Both the position numbers and the translations under genes were made by a program. This document shows, in pieces, positions 1-10,600 of a DNA stretch of 64,000 bases. This DNA is from Sphingomonas sp. (GTDB lineage: Bacteria > Pseudomonadota > Alphaproteobacteria > Sphingomonadales > Sphingomonadaceae): NCBI RefSeq assembly GCF_026460985.1, contig NZ_JAPKNM010000096.1, positions 243-64,242 on the forward strand. Reading direction: 5' to 3'. Under the pieces are notes generated by a model that saw only the letters and a list, made by a program, of their open reading frames with translations, did not search any database and had not been told where the DNA came from. The stretch's first letter is position 1; each line of letters opens with the position of its first letter.

Positions 1-197
1 TGCGCCGCCGGCGTGACAGCCTCGAGCTGACGCTGGATGGCGGCACCTATGGCCAGGCGGACCCCTGTGCAATGATGGGCGGTATCTATTTCCCGGTCCG
101 TCCCCCGCAGGCAATGGGTCCATGATGATCGCCGCCATCGGGCGTCAAGAGGCTGGCAGTTGGCCTCGCATTGCAGCGATGCCTGGGATGTACCGCT

Positions 198-803
198 TCA
201 TGGTTTGTAGCGGATGTCCGACACCAATTCCCAGCAACCACCTGCAGGGCGGAACAAGAGTTGTCCGTCACTCGGACCGGCAGAGTCGTAGGGTTTGCCG
301 TCGAGGGTGACGGCGTTGCCAAGATCATCGCCGCCATCCGACCTTCCGTCATAGTGGACTCGGGTCCATTCCACGGCCAGCTGATTTTGCGGGCCCTTAT
401 AGATCGAAATTTCGACATATTCGTCGTCATCGCCCGGCCGGAGGGGGCGTACCGGTTTGCGGTAATAGTCGACCATCATGATCGGGAAATCGCGGTAGCG
501 TGAGCCAGGGATTTCAGACTGACGAAGCGGCCTGCTATCCTGTGTTTCCAGCGAGAAGGTGATTTTGGGTGCGGAATATTTTCGCCGCACCGCTGCGGAC
601 TGGATGAAGACATCGAAAAACGCATTGGCATCGGCGTCCGTGCAGGCTGCTGCGGCTTGGCGAAGCGACATGCGATCGGACTCGGTAAGCTGCTGGGCGA
701 GAGGCTTCGGCCCCGCCGCCGCATGGCCCGTACCGCAGGCGGCAAACAGTAGCAGCGTGGCAATCACGGGCCAGGCCGAAATGCGCAGATTGTTGAACAT
801 CAT
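198..803 (-). CDS. hypothetical secreted protein / putative lipoprotein
   Basis: ORF 198..881 (-). The internal Met at 803 is followed by a signal peptide, MMFNNLRISAWPVIATLLLFAACG, with a lipobox-like FAAC. Composition is non-repetitive. No family recognised. Confidence 0.5.
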   Translation of the reverse strand: MMFNNLRISAWPVIATLLLFAACGTGHAAAGPKPLAQQLTESDRMSLRQAAAACTDADANAFFDVFIQSAAVRRKYSAPKITFSLETQDSRPLRQSEIPGSRYRDFPIMMVDYYRKPVRPLRPGDDDEYVEISIYKGPQNQLAVEWTRVHYDGRSDGGDDLGNAVTLDGKPYDSAGPSDGQLLFRPAGGCWELVSDIRYKP

Positions 804-911
804 GTCTCCAAAAAAGCGACGCAGGAACCGGCCTTCGCAAGATCCCGAAAAGGGCATGAGCCTGGTTTCGTACCGGTTCATCCGGTGGCGCGCTTTGCTC
901 CCGTGACTGCG

Positions 912-1367
912 CTAACGTCCATTCCAATGCAGGGGATCATCCGGTGCCTCAACGGGTGCATCCGCCAATAGTCGAACGTGTCGGCGGGACGGGAATTGCA
1001 GAATTTGCAGGAGCTTCGAAACGTGGTTTCGCACCGTGAAATGAGAGATGCCGAGCTTGCGGCCGATTTCCTTGTTCGACAGCCCGCAAATCAAATGGTT
1101 CAAAATGTCATGCTGGCGATCGGTCAGCGCGAAAGCGCCAAGGTGCGGCTTCGCACTCTGCGTCTCCTGAGGAGGTGCTTGCCCGCCCGGTCCGAGAGCG
1201 AGCAATTGGGTATGGGGGAGGAATTCGTACAGTCGCCGGAAGCTGTCCTCGTCCTGACTGTCGATCACGGCCAGGATCGCAAGCTTCCTGGCGCCGCCCG
1301 TGCCACCGCGCGACAGGAGCCTGGCAAGGTCTTCGGAACGCGAAACAGATGGACAGGAGGGCTCCAT
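912..1367 (-). CDS. LuxR/GerE-family HTH transcriptional regulator
   Basis: C-terminal HTH LTDRQHDILNHLICGLSNKEIGRKLGISHFTVRNHVSKLLQIL. The 376-aa ORF 912..2042 is trimmed to the Met at 1367 (alternative 1403) because its Arg-rich upstream part is antisense to the kinase gene. Confidence 0.7.
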   Translation of the reverse strand: MEPSCPSVSRSEDLARLLSRGGTGGARKLAILAVIDSQDEDSFRRLYEFLPHTQLLALGPGGQAPPQETQSAKPHLGAFALTDRQHDILNHLICGLSNKEIGRKLGISHFTVRNHVSKLLQILQFPSRRHVRLLADAPVEAPDDPLHWNGR

Positions 1368-1430
1368 GACGTTCCTGTCATGCGCAGGGCGGCGCGTGTC
1401 CATCTGCGGCGATGCGGCGCGCTTTGACCG

Positions 1431-2591
1431 GTGGACGAATGGCGGGAAAATTCTACGAATGGCTTGGAACGCATGACGATCGTTGCCCCAACAGCCGCCG
1501 GTTCTGTCTCCACGATCCATGACGTGGCTGCGTCGAGCCCGGGTTTTTGGAACGAACTGGGCGGTGCCACCCTCAAGCTCGCCGCGCTGTTCTGGCTGTC
1601 GGTTCTGATCACCGACAGCATCCTCTGGGGCGTGGCCGGTACGGATCCCGTCGAATCGGCGATCGGCAAGCTCGTCCTCAACAGCTTCGGGGCATTGCTG
1701 ACGATCGTCGTCACGGCGCTGCTGTTCCGGTTCCGCCGGGCGAACCTCTTGACCAAGGCTGTGCTGGCCTTCGCATTCTCGCTCATCGCCGCGCCCGTCT
1801 ACGGCCTGTTCGACTATGCGGTGCATCAATGGTGGGTGTGGCCGGTCATGCTCGAATTCAGCATGACCAATTTCGGCTATACGCTGGTCTCCAGCGCGGC
1901 GATGTTCTTCGGCTGGTCGTGCCTCTATGTCTCGCTGATCTACAGCTTCGAGGTTCGGGATCGCGAACGGAGCCTGGCCGCGGCGCGGGAGGAGGCACTG
2001 GCGGCGCAGATGCGGGCGCTGCGGTATCAGGTGAACCCGCATTTCCTGTTCAACACGCTGAACTCGATCGCGGGGTTGATGGAGGAAGGGGCGACCGCCC
2101 GCGCCGAACGCATGGTCCTTTCATTGTCGACCTTCCTGCGCACCACCCTGGCGCTCGATCCCATGCACGATGTGACGCTGGCCGATGAACTAACCTTGCA
2201 GGAGGACTATCTCGATATCGAAACCGAGCGCTTTTCCGATCGGATGAGCTACGCCATCGATGCGCCGGACGACGTCCGCCGGGCCTTGGTCCCAACCCTC
2301 ATTCTGCAGCCGCTGATCGAAAACGCGGTCAAGCACGGCGTCGGGCGTTCGAGCGAGCCGATCGGCATCCGCATAGTCGCCCGGCGTGATGCCGGGCGAC
2401 TTTCGATTCTGGTCGAGAACGATGTTCAGCGCGGTGACGGAGTCCTCGCGCCGGAGGGTTTCGGGATCGGGTTGCGCAATGTCGCCGATCGCATTCGAAC
2501 CCGCTTCGGCAGCGAGGGGAGCCTCATGACCACCATGTCCGATGGCGACGCCTTCCTCGCCCGGGTCGAATTGCCGTGGCGAACGGCATGA
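1431..2591 (+). CDS. LytS/YehU-type sensor histidine kinase
   Basis: Multi-TM N-terminus. His_kinase motif YQVNPHFLFNTLNSI. HATPase N-box LILQPLIENAVKHG and G-box GFGIGLRNV. GTG start at 1431 is uncertain (alternative ATG 1473). Confidence 0.8.
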   Translation: MDEWRENSTNGLERMTIVAPTAAGSVSTIHDVAASSPGFWNELGGATLKLAALFWLSVLITDSILWGVAGTDPVESAIGKLVLNSFGALLTIVVTALLFRFRRANLLTKAVLAFAFSLIAAPVYGLFDYAVHQWWVWPVMLEFSMTNFGYTLVSSAAMFFGWSCLYVSLIYSFEVRDRERSLAAAREEALAAQMRALRYQVNPHFLFNTLNSIAGLMEEGATARAERMVLSLSTFLRTTLALDPMHDVTLADELTLQEDYLDIETERFSDRMSYAIDAPDDVRRALVPTLILQPLIENAVKHGVGRSSEPIGIRIVARRDAGRLSILVENDVQRGDGVLAPEGFGIGLRNVADRIRTRFGSEGSLMTTMSDGDAFLARVELPWRTA

Positions 2592-3367
2592 ACGGGCTGG
2601 CCGTGCTCGTCGTGGACGACGAACCACTGGCACGGCGGCGCGTCGTGCGCTTGCTGCGCCAGCTATCCTGGGTAGGCGCGGTGGAAGAGGCGGGAAACGT
2701 GCGGCAGGCGAAGGAGAAGCTGGCCGATTTTGACCCACGGATCCTCCTGCTCGACATCCAGATGCCCGGCGGCAGCGGCTTCGATCTCGTGCGACACCTG
2801 CCGCAACCCGCGCCGGCGCTGATCTTCATCACCGCCTTCGACGATCAGGCCCTGCGCGCCTTCGATGCGAATGCGGTCGATTATGTCACCAAGCCGATCG
2901 AGCCGGGACGCTTCCACGCGGCGCTGGAACGGGCGCGGACATCCGCCGAGCGGCAGAGCAGCGCGGACAGGATCATCGAGCTCGAGGAAGTGGTCGCCAC
3001 CCTGCGCCGCCGGCCCGAGGCGCAGCCTCCACGAACGGCGGAGTTCTGGGTCAAGGCGAAGGGCGACTACATCCGGATCGCTTCGGCGGCGATAACGCGC
3101 ATCCAGGCGGAACGCGACTATGTGCGCATCCATGCCGATGGGCAGGACTATCTCTACAGCGAGAATCTGGCGACGATCGAGCGCAGCCTCGCGCCCGACG
3201 AGTTCGTCCGTATCCACCGCAGCACGATCGTTCGCGTCGATGCGATCGAACGGATGAAGCCGGGCACCTTCTCCTCCCTGATCGCGGTGCTTTCCGACGG
3301 ATCGGAAGTGCGGGTCGGGCGAACCTATACCGCCGGCATCCGGGGACGACTCATGCGGCAGGACTGA
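2588..3367 (+). CDS. LytTR-family response regulator
   Basis: REC domain (LVVDDEPLARRR, LLLDIQMPGGSGFDL, DYVTKP) plus LytTR domain (ERDYVRIHADG, FVRIHRSTIV). ATG 2588 overlaps the kinase stop (ATGA). Confidence 0.85.
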   Translation: MNGLAVLVVDDEPLARRRVVRLLRQLSWVGAVEEAGNVRQAKEKLADFDPRILLLDIQMPGGSGFDLVRHLPQPAPALIFITAFDDQALRAFDANAVDYVTKPIEPGRFHAALERARTSAERQSSADRIIELEEVVATLRRRPEAQPPRTAEFWVKAKGDYIRIASAAITRIQAERDYVRIHADGQDYLYSENLATIERSLAPDEFVRIHRSTIVRVDAIERMKPGTFSSLIAVLSDGSEVRVGRTYTAGIRGRLMRQD

Positions 3368-3411
3368 GCCCATCGTTCAACCCACTTGCGGGCGAAGCCG
3401 GCCGGGGATCC

Positions 3412-3945
3412 CTATTCGGCGTCTTCGAATGTGCTGAGCGTATGGCCCCTCGAGCTCTTGGTGACCAACTCGCGGCCACGACATTCGAGGCTCTGCTCCT
3501 CCCAGCTGTGGCTATATTCGATCTGCCCGAGATCGGGCCGCGGGCGGCCGTGCCGATACCACAGGCGCGCCGCGTAGCGCGCTCGCCTCTGACCGACACG
3601 CTCCACTCCCTTGGTCTTGGCCTCGACCTTGACTTCGCGGCTCGTCCCATCGGCATATGCGGTTAGCGCCAGCGCTGCCGCGCGGCCTGCCGCCTCGGCT
3701 GCATGAAGCCTGGCCAGGCAGGCCCGAGGGTTGGGGAGCATCTCGTGCATCGCCGGCAATTCGACCTCGTCGCTGGCAAGCGCCGGCGCGAACGGTAGCG
3801 CCAGATAAAGCAGAATGCCCAGTCGCAGCCGGGTGCCTTGATCGGCGAAACTACGGGTCCGTGAAATTGGATCGGCCTCCTCGGTGGCCCAGTCTGATAG
3901 ACGATCAGGAGCGTAGGATGACCAGACGGGAATGTACTGGTTCAT
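3412..3945 (-). CDS. hypothetical protein
   Basis: ORF 3412..4239 (-) trimmed to Met MNQYIPVW at 3945. Protein-like composition. No family recognised. Confidence 0.4.
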   Translation of the reverse strand: MNQYIPVWSSYAPDRLSDWATEEADPISRTRSFADQGTRLRLGILLYLALPFAPALASDEVELPAMHEMLPNPRACLARLHAAEAAGRAAALALTAYADGTSREVKVEAKTKGVERVGQRRARYAARLWYRHGRPRPDLGQIEYSHSWEEQSLECRGRELVTKSSRGHTLSTFEDAE

Positions 3946-4140
3946 TTCTGCGGCCGACGCCGACCATGATCTTGCGTTAAGTCGCGGCAGTGAGAACCGC
4001 TCATTATTTGGTGCTGGAGACAGCGGCCCCGCCATCCGCATGTCGCGAACCCTCCGATCACTCGGAGCGGGGTCGTTGATGGCCCTGAACCCGGCGGGAA
4101 AGCCGGTTGCCCATACGCTGTCATCCGAAGGAGTGAGGGA

Positions 4141-5121
4141 ATGAGTCGCCTGCTGGCTGCCGTGCTGATGACTGCGATTGCCTTCGGCCTGGCCATATTG
4201 ACGCCCTTCGGCAGCGAAGGGAGGGCCGGGCAAGAACAAGGCTGCCCGCCGGGGCTTGCTCCCATCGGGCAGGCGCCGGGTCCCATCTGTGTTCCGATGC
4301 CCGGCTACGGCCTGGGTCCATCATCACAGCCACCGCGTCAGCCGGAGCCGCCGCCGATGCCCCTCCCGAACTATTACGGCGCTTTTGCAGCCGACCCGGA
4401 GCATGCAAAGCTGTCCTGGGCGGCACACTATCCGACGCGCCAGGCCGCCGCACAGGCAGCCATCGAGTCGTGCTCCCGGGGTTCGAAAACGCGGTGCCAG
4501 TCGCTGGGCGAATTCCGCAACCAATGCGCGGCTGTCGCCATCAACCAGAGCCGCAAGGTTTTCGTCGAGTTCGCCGAGATCCATCGAACGGCCGCGCGCA
4601 AGGCGCTGAAAACGTGCAATGCCGCCAGTCCGGACGAGGCATGCGGCCTATGGAAGATGCCGATCTGCGCGAGTGGAATCTACGGCGCGCAAGACAATGC
4701 GCGCGCGGATCAGGCTACGATAGCCGAGATGGATGCCTTCGCGGACGAAGTCGACAAGCGCGAATATTGGGGTGCGGTCGTCAGCGGCAATGGCCAGACC
4801 ATGTCACGCATGAACCGGCCGAGCAGGGCGGTTGCCGAACGCGAAGCCTTGGCCAAGGAGACGTGCAGCGATTGCACGCTAAAGGTGAGCTTCAAGAACA
4901 GTTGCGTCGGCATCGCCTGGCCCGCCGATGACCGGCACTTCCTCGAAACCGTCGTCAATCGGGATCCGCAGGCCGCCGAAGCCGGCGCGCGCCGGCAATG
5001 TTCGGCGAAATATGGCCAGTGTGTCGGCACCGCCCGGTGTAGCGGGCGGATGGTGCTGGGCGATTTCCCGCATGGCGCCCCGCATTTCGACAGAGCTTCC
5101 AGTACTTGGCGAGACAAATAG
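4141..5121 (+). CDS. secreted Cys-rich protein with two DUF4189-like modules (tentative)
   Basis: Signal peptide MSRLLAAVLMTAIAFGLAIL, then a Pro-rich linker. Two modules of the pattern YGA(F/V)..., conserved Cys pairs and N.C(A/V)..A (YYGAFAAD...CAAVA; YWGAVVSG...CVGIAW). Confidence 0.6.
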   Translation: MSRLLAAVLMTAIAFGLAILTPFGSEGRAGQEQGCPPGLAPIGQAPGPICVPMPGYGLGPSSQPPRQPEPPPMPLPNYYGAFAADPEHAKLSWAAHYPTRQAAAQAAIESCSRGSKTRCQSLGEFRNQCAAVAINQSRKVFVEFAEIHRTAARKALKTCNAASPDEACGLWKMPICASGIYGAQDNARADQATIAEMDAFADEVDKREYWGAVVSGNGQTMSRMNRPSRAVAEREALAKETCSDCTLKVSFKNSCVGIAWPADDRHFLETVVNRDPQAAEAGARRQCSAKYGQCVGTARCSGRMVLGDFPHGAPHFDRASSTWRDK

Positions 5122-5220
5122 ATCAGGGCGGCAGGATGCGCGCTGCGGTGCCCGACTTTAGCTTCGTCGGCTCACATCTCCAAGGTGGGCGGTATGCCGA
5201 GACCCATATTGACGGAGAAT

Positions 5221-5922
5221 ATGATGCGTTTCCCAGTGACCCGGATTTCCCCGCGGCGTTTCATGTCGTTTGCAGCCCTGGCACCGCTCGGGTTGCTCCT
5301 GCTGCTCGTGCCGTCGCGGCCGGCGGCGGCGCAGGACTATGTCTGCCCGAACGGCGCGGGGCCGGGCGAAACGGTGGTCGCCATGCAATCGCAGGCTCCG
5401 GGCGCTCCGCCGGTGCCGATCTGCAGACGCGCGCCACAGGCACCGCAAAGCGCCCCTTCGGGGCCTGCGATGCCGCAAACCCCGATGATGTCCTATGTCA
5501 GGCCGAGACTCTATGGCGTGCATGTCACCGACGTCGACCGCACCGCACTCTACTCGTCGAACTGGAACCAGGATCCGCAGAATACTCTCGACATGGCGAT
5601 CGAGTATTGCGAGCGGCAGACGGGCAAGAAATGCGTTTCGCTGGGGGGCTTTGTCGACGAATGCCAGGCCATCGTCATCGATGCCAGGCGCGCCACCTAT
5701 CGCGGCCTCGACATCGACCCGCGCTTTGCCGCGCGGACTGCCATGGAAGCATGCGGCAACAAGGGCCCGATCGGACAATGCCGGCTCTGGCGGCTGCCGC
5801 TCTGCTCGGGACTGGGCTATGGCGAGGGCAATTATGTCGGCAACGACAACGGCCGCACGCCCGAGCAGATCCAGAACGAAATCGAGACGATGACCCGGGA
5901 ACTGGCAGCCGAACTGAAATAG
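5221..5922 (+). CDS. secreted Cys-rich protein, paralogue of 4141..5121 (one DUF4189-like module)
   Basis: Signal peptide FMSFAALAPLGLLLLLVPSRPAAAQD. Same N-terminal C-P-x-G...P-I-C motif, Pro-rich linker and Cys pattern (YCERQTGKKCVSLGGFVDECQAIVI). Start ambiguous (5185/5221/5224/5263). Confidence 0.6.
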   Translation: MMRFPVTRISPRRFMSFAALAPLGLLLLLVPSRPAAAQDYVCPNGAGPGETVVAMQSQAPGAPPVPICRRAPQAPQSAPSGPAMPQTPMMSYVRPRLYGVHVTDVDRTALYSSNWNQDPQNTLDMAIEYCERQTGKKCVSLGGFVDECQAIVIDARRATYRGLDIDPRFAARTAMEACGNKGPIGQCRLWRLPLCSGLGYGEGNYVGNDNGRTPEQIQNEIETMTRELAAELK

Positions 5923-6091
5923 AAGCGAGCGCCGGGATGACCGGACGCCCGGATCGAGCGCGCGCGCCATGCCGTGATGTACTGGTACGTGCCGACGGCT
6001 CGCCTGCGCTGCTCAGCGCGTTATCGTTGCGGCCAAATCCCGCTGCGCAACGTGAAGAGGCGGCAAAGCGGCGTGGCGCGAGGAGTGACGG

Positions 6092-6886
6092 GTGGTGATC
6101 CGGGCTGTGCTCTGCGACGATGAGCCGATCGCCCGCCGCTGGCTGATCAGACGACTCGGCCAGATCACCGATGTCGAGGTGGTAGGCGCGGCGGAGCATG
6201 GTCGGGCGGCGCTCGACCTCATCATGTCACTACGGCCCGATCTGGTGCTGCTGGATATCGAGATGCCGGATCTCGATGGTCTTGCGGTAGCAGCGGAGCT
6301 TACATGCTGCTGCGATCATGCGCCGTTGGTTGTGTTCACCACCGCCTATCCCGAATTCGCGCGCTCGGCGTTTGACACCGGCGTGATCGACTTCTTGACC
6401 AAGCCGGTGCTCATGCAGCGGCTCGAGGTCGCCATTGCCAGGGTGCGCAGCGCGCTCGCCAATCGCGCCGCCGCGGCGCAACTCGCCGAACTGGCGAGGC
6501 AGCTTGATGCGCTGCGTGGGAACGGACGCACGCTCGATGCCGATCCGCATATCTGGATACATCGGCGGGGTGAAGCCTTGCGCCTCTCGCTGGAGCGCAT
6601 CGACGCCGTCCATGCTGAAGCCGAATATGTCCGCATCGTCACGCGCGAGGCGACGTATCTGCACCGCGAGAGCCTCTCCGATTTCATCACGCGTCTGGAT
6701 CCGGCGCATTATGTCCGCATCCACCGCTCGTTCGTGGTCAATCGCGCCAACATTCTCGCCGTGCGGCGCAGGTCGACCGGCAGCTACCGGTTGACCTTGC
6801 GCGACGGAACCGAGCTTCCCGTCGGCAAGAGCTATCGCAGCACGATCCGCGACATTGCGGCATTCGAGGCCGCCGACCAGCGCTGA
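6092..6886 (+). CDS. LytTR-family response regulator (no adjacent kinase)
   Basis: REC domain (VLCDDEPIARR, VLLDIEMPDLDG, DFLTKP) plus LytTR domain (AEYVRIVTRE, YVRIHRSFVVN). GTG start. Confidence 0.8.
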   Translation: MVIRAVLCDDEPIARRWLIRRLGQITDVEVVGAAEHGRAALDLIMSLRPDLVLLDIEMPDLDGLAVAAELTCCCDHAPLVVFTTAYPEFARSAFDTGVIDFLTKPVLMQRLEVAIARVRSALANRAAAAQLAELARQLDALRGNGRTLDADPHIWIHRRGEALRLSLERIDAVHAEAEYVRIVTREATYLHRESLSDFITRLDPAHYVRIHRSFVVNRANILAVRRRSTGSYRLTLRDGTELPVGKSYRSTIRDIAAFEAADQR

Positions 6887-7268
6887 CCGCGCCTGGGCGA
6901 CAGACCGACCCGATCATCCGCCAATTGCAATCAGCTCCCGAATCAGAACCGCCGGCCGTTTTTCCATCGCCTGATCGATCCTTCATGGCCGGGCACGCGA
7001 GGGTGCTCGTTCAGGCAAACGGGCGCGCGGCGCAGGCGAACGCGGGACGTTGGTGGGTATGGGCGGGACGATCAGCGCCGACCGGTCCGCTCATGGCTTT
7101 GAGCGCGACGGTCGTGGCTTCGCTGATCAGCCGCGGCGAGGCGATCTGTACTCCTTCGTCGAGGAGACTGCCGTGCAAATCGAAGGCCATAGCCAGCCCC
7201 TGCCGGGATCGCCGGGCCAATTCCACCACAGCCATGCCCGTCGCCACCTCGAACAGACGAGCGGGACC

Positions 7269-7631
7269 GTGATCAAACGCGGCGCGTTCGTCGTGTGGAC
7301 CGATCCACTGGAAGTCTTGTGCAACGGTACCACGATCCCTTTGTCGCCGACCGAAGCCTGTCTGTTTCGCATTGTCGCGCTACGTGGGCGCGCGTCTTAC
7401 GCGGCGATCGACGATGCTCTGATCGCCTTCGGATCGAAGCCGGCCACGCGCCCGGTCGTGATGCTCCACATCCGGCGCAAGTTCGCCGCGCTCGGTTACC
7501 CCGACCCGTTTGAGCGCCTCGGCAACCAGGGTGTGCGACTGCGCGTGACCGCTGATGAGACGGGATCGACCGCGACCATGATCGGCCTGGAAAGCAATGG
7601 GGCACGGTTGCCTGTGCCGTTCGGTCATTGA
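7269..7631 (+). CDS. stand-alone OmpR/PhoB-type winged-helix DNA-binding protein
   Basis: Trans_reg_C-like pattern IPLSPTEACLFRIVALRGRASY...VVMLHIRRKFAALGYPDPFERLGNQGVRL. The ORF is open from 7050. The in-frame GTG at 7269 is chosen, and the start is uncertain. Confidence 0.45.
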   Translation: MIKRGAFVVWTDPLEVLCNGTTIPLSPTEACLFRIVALRGRASYAAIDDALIAFGSKPATRPVVMLHIRRKFAALGYPDPFERLGNQGVRLRVTADETGSTATMIGLESNGARLPVPFGH

Positions 7632-7692
7632 GCGCAACAGCATCAGGGGCATCGAGAAGTTATATAAAAGCACATTAAAACAGGGAGATAAT

Positions 7693-10600
7693 ATGATTCA
7701 GGGACGTTTGCTCGCCAGCACGATGCTGGCCCCGGTGGTGTTCGTGCTGGCCGCGCCCGCGGCATTTGCGCAGGATGAAGCGGCGCTGGAAGCGGCCAGC
7801 ACCCAGGACGCAGCCACATCTCCCGGCGCAAAGCCTCAGGAGGTCGCGGGCTCGCAGGAGTCCGGGAGCGAGGCCGACTCCGGGGCGGACAATGACATCG
7901 TGGTTACCGGCTCGCTGTTTCGTCGCACCAATGCCGAGACGCCGTCGCCGGTGACCGTGCTGAGCTCCGAGACGCTCGCGCAACGCGGCATCAACACCGT
8001 CGCCGAGGCGCTGCAGCGCGTGTCGGCCAATGGCGCGGGGGCGGTGACCCAAGGCTGGAACAACGGCAACAATTTCGCGACCGGCGCCAATGCCGCGTCG
8101 CTGCGCGGGCTGACCGTCCAGTCGACACTCACCATCTTCGACGGCCTGCGTATGGCACCCTATCCACTGGCCGACGATGGTCACCGCAATTTCGTCGATC
8201 TGAACACCATCCCCAGTTCGATCATCGACCGAATCGAGGTCCTGCGCGACGGTGCGTCCTCGACCTACGGCGCCGACGCCGTCGCCGGCGTGATCAACGT
8301 CATCACCAAGAAGCAGGTGACCGGTCTCCACCTCAACGGCTCGGCGGGCATCTCGCAGCGCGGTGACGCAGGCGAGCGGCGCATCGACGCGACGTGGGGC
8401 TATGGCGATCTCGAGCGCCAGGGATTCAATTTCTACATCAACGCCGAATATCAGCGGCAGGACGTCCTGTGGGCGCGCGACCGCGACTATCCGTTCAATA
8501 CTACCAATTTCAGCAGCGATTGCGCGCCGTCCGTCGGGCGCGCGCCGGGCACCCAGGGTGCTGGCGATCTCGGGGTTCCCGCGGGCACCATCGTGTGCCG
8601 CGCCAACGGCATCCAGAACTCGATCCGCCGGTCCAACACCCCGGCCGCGACACTCGTCGGAGGACTGGTGTTCAACGGCCTGTTCGCGACCCCGGTTCCG
8701 ATCGTGCGCGGGGTGGGGCAGCCCGATCCGGTAACCGGCGCGGTTCCCAATTTGACCCGGTATAATTTGCTCAACACGGCAGACGGCTGCCGCGGATTCA
8801 CGCCGGTCAACGTGCCCCAGAACCTTTCGGCGACCGCTGGCCCGCTGCAATGCTCGCGCGACAACCGTGCGCTCTACGCCTCGATCCTGCCCGCCCAGGA
8901 GCGCTTCGGCGGCACATTCCGCATCACCGCCAATCTGGGGGATCGCGCGCAATTCCATGCGATGGCCAACTATTATCAGGTGAGCACCGACACCCAGGCG
9001 AATCCGGTCGGTTTCACCGGAACCACGCCGCCGCCGACCCAGTTCGCGTTCGCCTCGCTATATCTTCCGGTTTACGTTTGTTCGAGCGGCGTGGGCTCGA
9101 CGACGATGCTCAACACCGGCTGCACCGCCGCCAATGGCCGGCTCAATCCCAACAATCCGTTCGCTGCGGCAGGCAATCGCGCCCAAATCCTAGCGACCTA
9201 CGACCGACCACGTGAACTGAGCACCAAGGCACGCAGCTTGCGCGGGGCGATGGGCATCTCGGGCTCATTCGGGGACGACTGGGCTTACCAGGTCGAGGGC
9301 ACCGTCTCCAACGTGCGCCTCGACGTGATCAACCGCAATGTGTTGATCCCGCAGCGCGTGCTCGATGTCGTGGCGCAGGGCAGCTACAATTTCGTCAACC
9401 CGTCGTTCAATACCGAGGCGATCCGCGACTATATCGCCCCGCTGAGCGTCAATCGCTCGAACTCGGACCTGTGGCAGGCCTCGGCGACCTTGTCGAAGGC
9501 GCTGTTCGAGCTTCCCGGCGGCCCATTGCAAGCCGCGATCGGGGCGGCCTACCGGCATGAGTCGATCGACAATCCCAGTGCCAATCCCGCGAATGCCGCG
9601 AACCCGGCGTCGCGCTATTACGTGATCAACGCGGTCGGCGCGATCGGCAGCCGCAACGTCAAATCGGCCTATTTCGAGATCAATGCACCGATCGTCGAGC
9701 AGCTCGAGATCAATGCGTCGGGCCGCTACGACGATTATTCGTCGGGCCAGTCCAACTTCTCGCCCAAGATCGGCGCGAAGTTCACGCCGATCCCGCAGCT
9801 CGCGGTTCGCGGCACGTATTCCAAGGGTTTCCGCATCCCGAGCTTCAATGAGGCTTACGGCTTGCCCACTACCGGCTTTGTGACGCGCCAGCTCAATGCT
9901 TCGACGCCCGGCTATGCCCAGTTCGTCGCCGCACATGGCGGCAACCAATATGCGACCACGCAGTTCGCCGTCGGTCAGACCAATGTAGGCAATGCCGCGC
10001 TCGCGCCGGAGAAATCGACCAGCTGGACGGTTGGCGCGATTTTCGAGCCGGTGCGCAACGTCAGCTTCACGATCGACTATTACAATATCGAGGTGCGCGA
10101 CCTGATCGCCAACGCGACCTACAATATCGATGACGTGTTTGCGCAATATTACAGCAATAACGGAGTCGTGAATATTCCGGGCATCCGCGTCACGCCGGGC
10201 GTTCCGGACGTCAGCTTCCCCAATGCGCTGCCGCATATCGGCTTTATCGAGGCGTCGTTCGAGAATACCGACTCGCAGCGCGTCTCGGGTATCGATCTCG
10301 GTGCAAGCGTGCGGCTGCCGATCACCGACCATATCGCGCTGACCAGCATCTTTGACGCTTCCTACACGATCAGCTTCAAGCGCGTGTATGCCGACCGCGT
10401 CGAAGAATATGCCGGAACCTTGTCGCCGTGCGACGTCACGTCCTGTTCGGGGGCGCCGCGTTGGCGTGGAAGCTGGCAGAACACGCTGCAGGCTGGCGGC
10501 ACTTCGGTTTCGCTGACCGCCTATTATACGAGCGGCTATGATCTTGCCTCGATCGACTATGGCGGCGTGAAGGGCGATTGCTTCGGCAATATCGGCGCGT

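Noticed and set aside
3-125. Possible 3' end of a plus-strand gene at the left window edge (...LTLDGGTYGQADPCAMMGGIYFPVRPPQAMGP*)
   Set aside because: Only about 40 codons are visible and no motif is recognisable. It is too little to call.
1368-2042. N-terminal 225 aa of the 376-aa LuxR ORF
   Set aside because: The sequence is Arg/Glu/Asp-rich junk that lies antisense to the histidine-kinase gene. Only the C-terminal ~150 aa look like a real LuxR protein.
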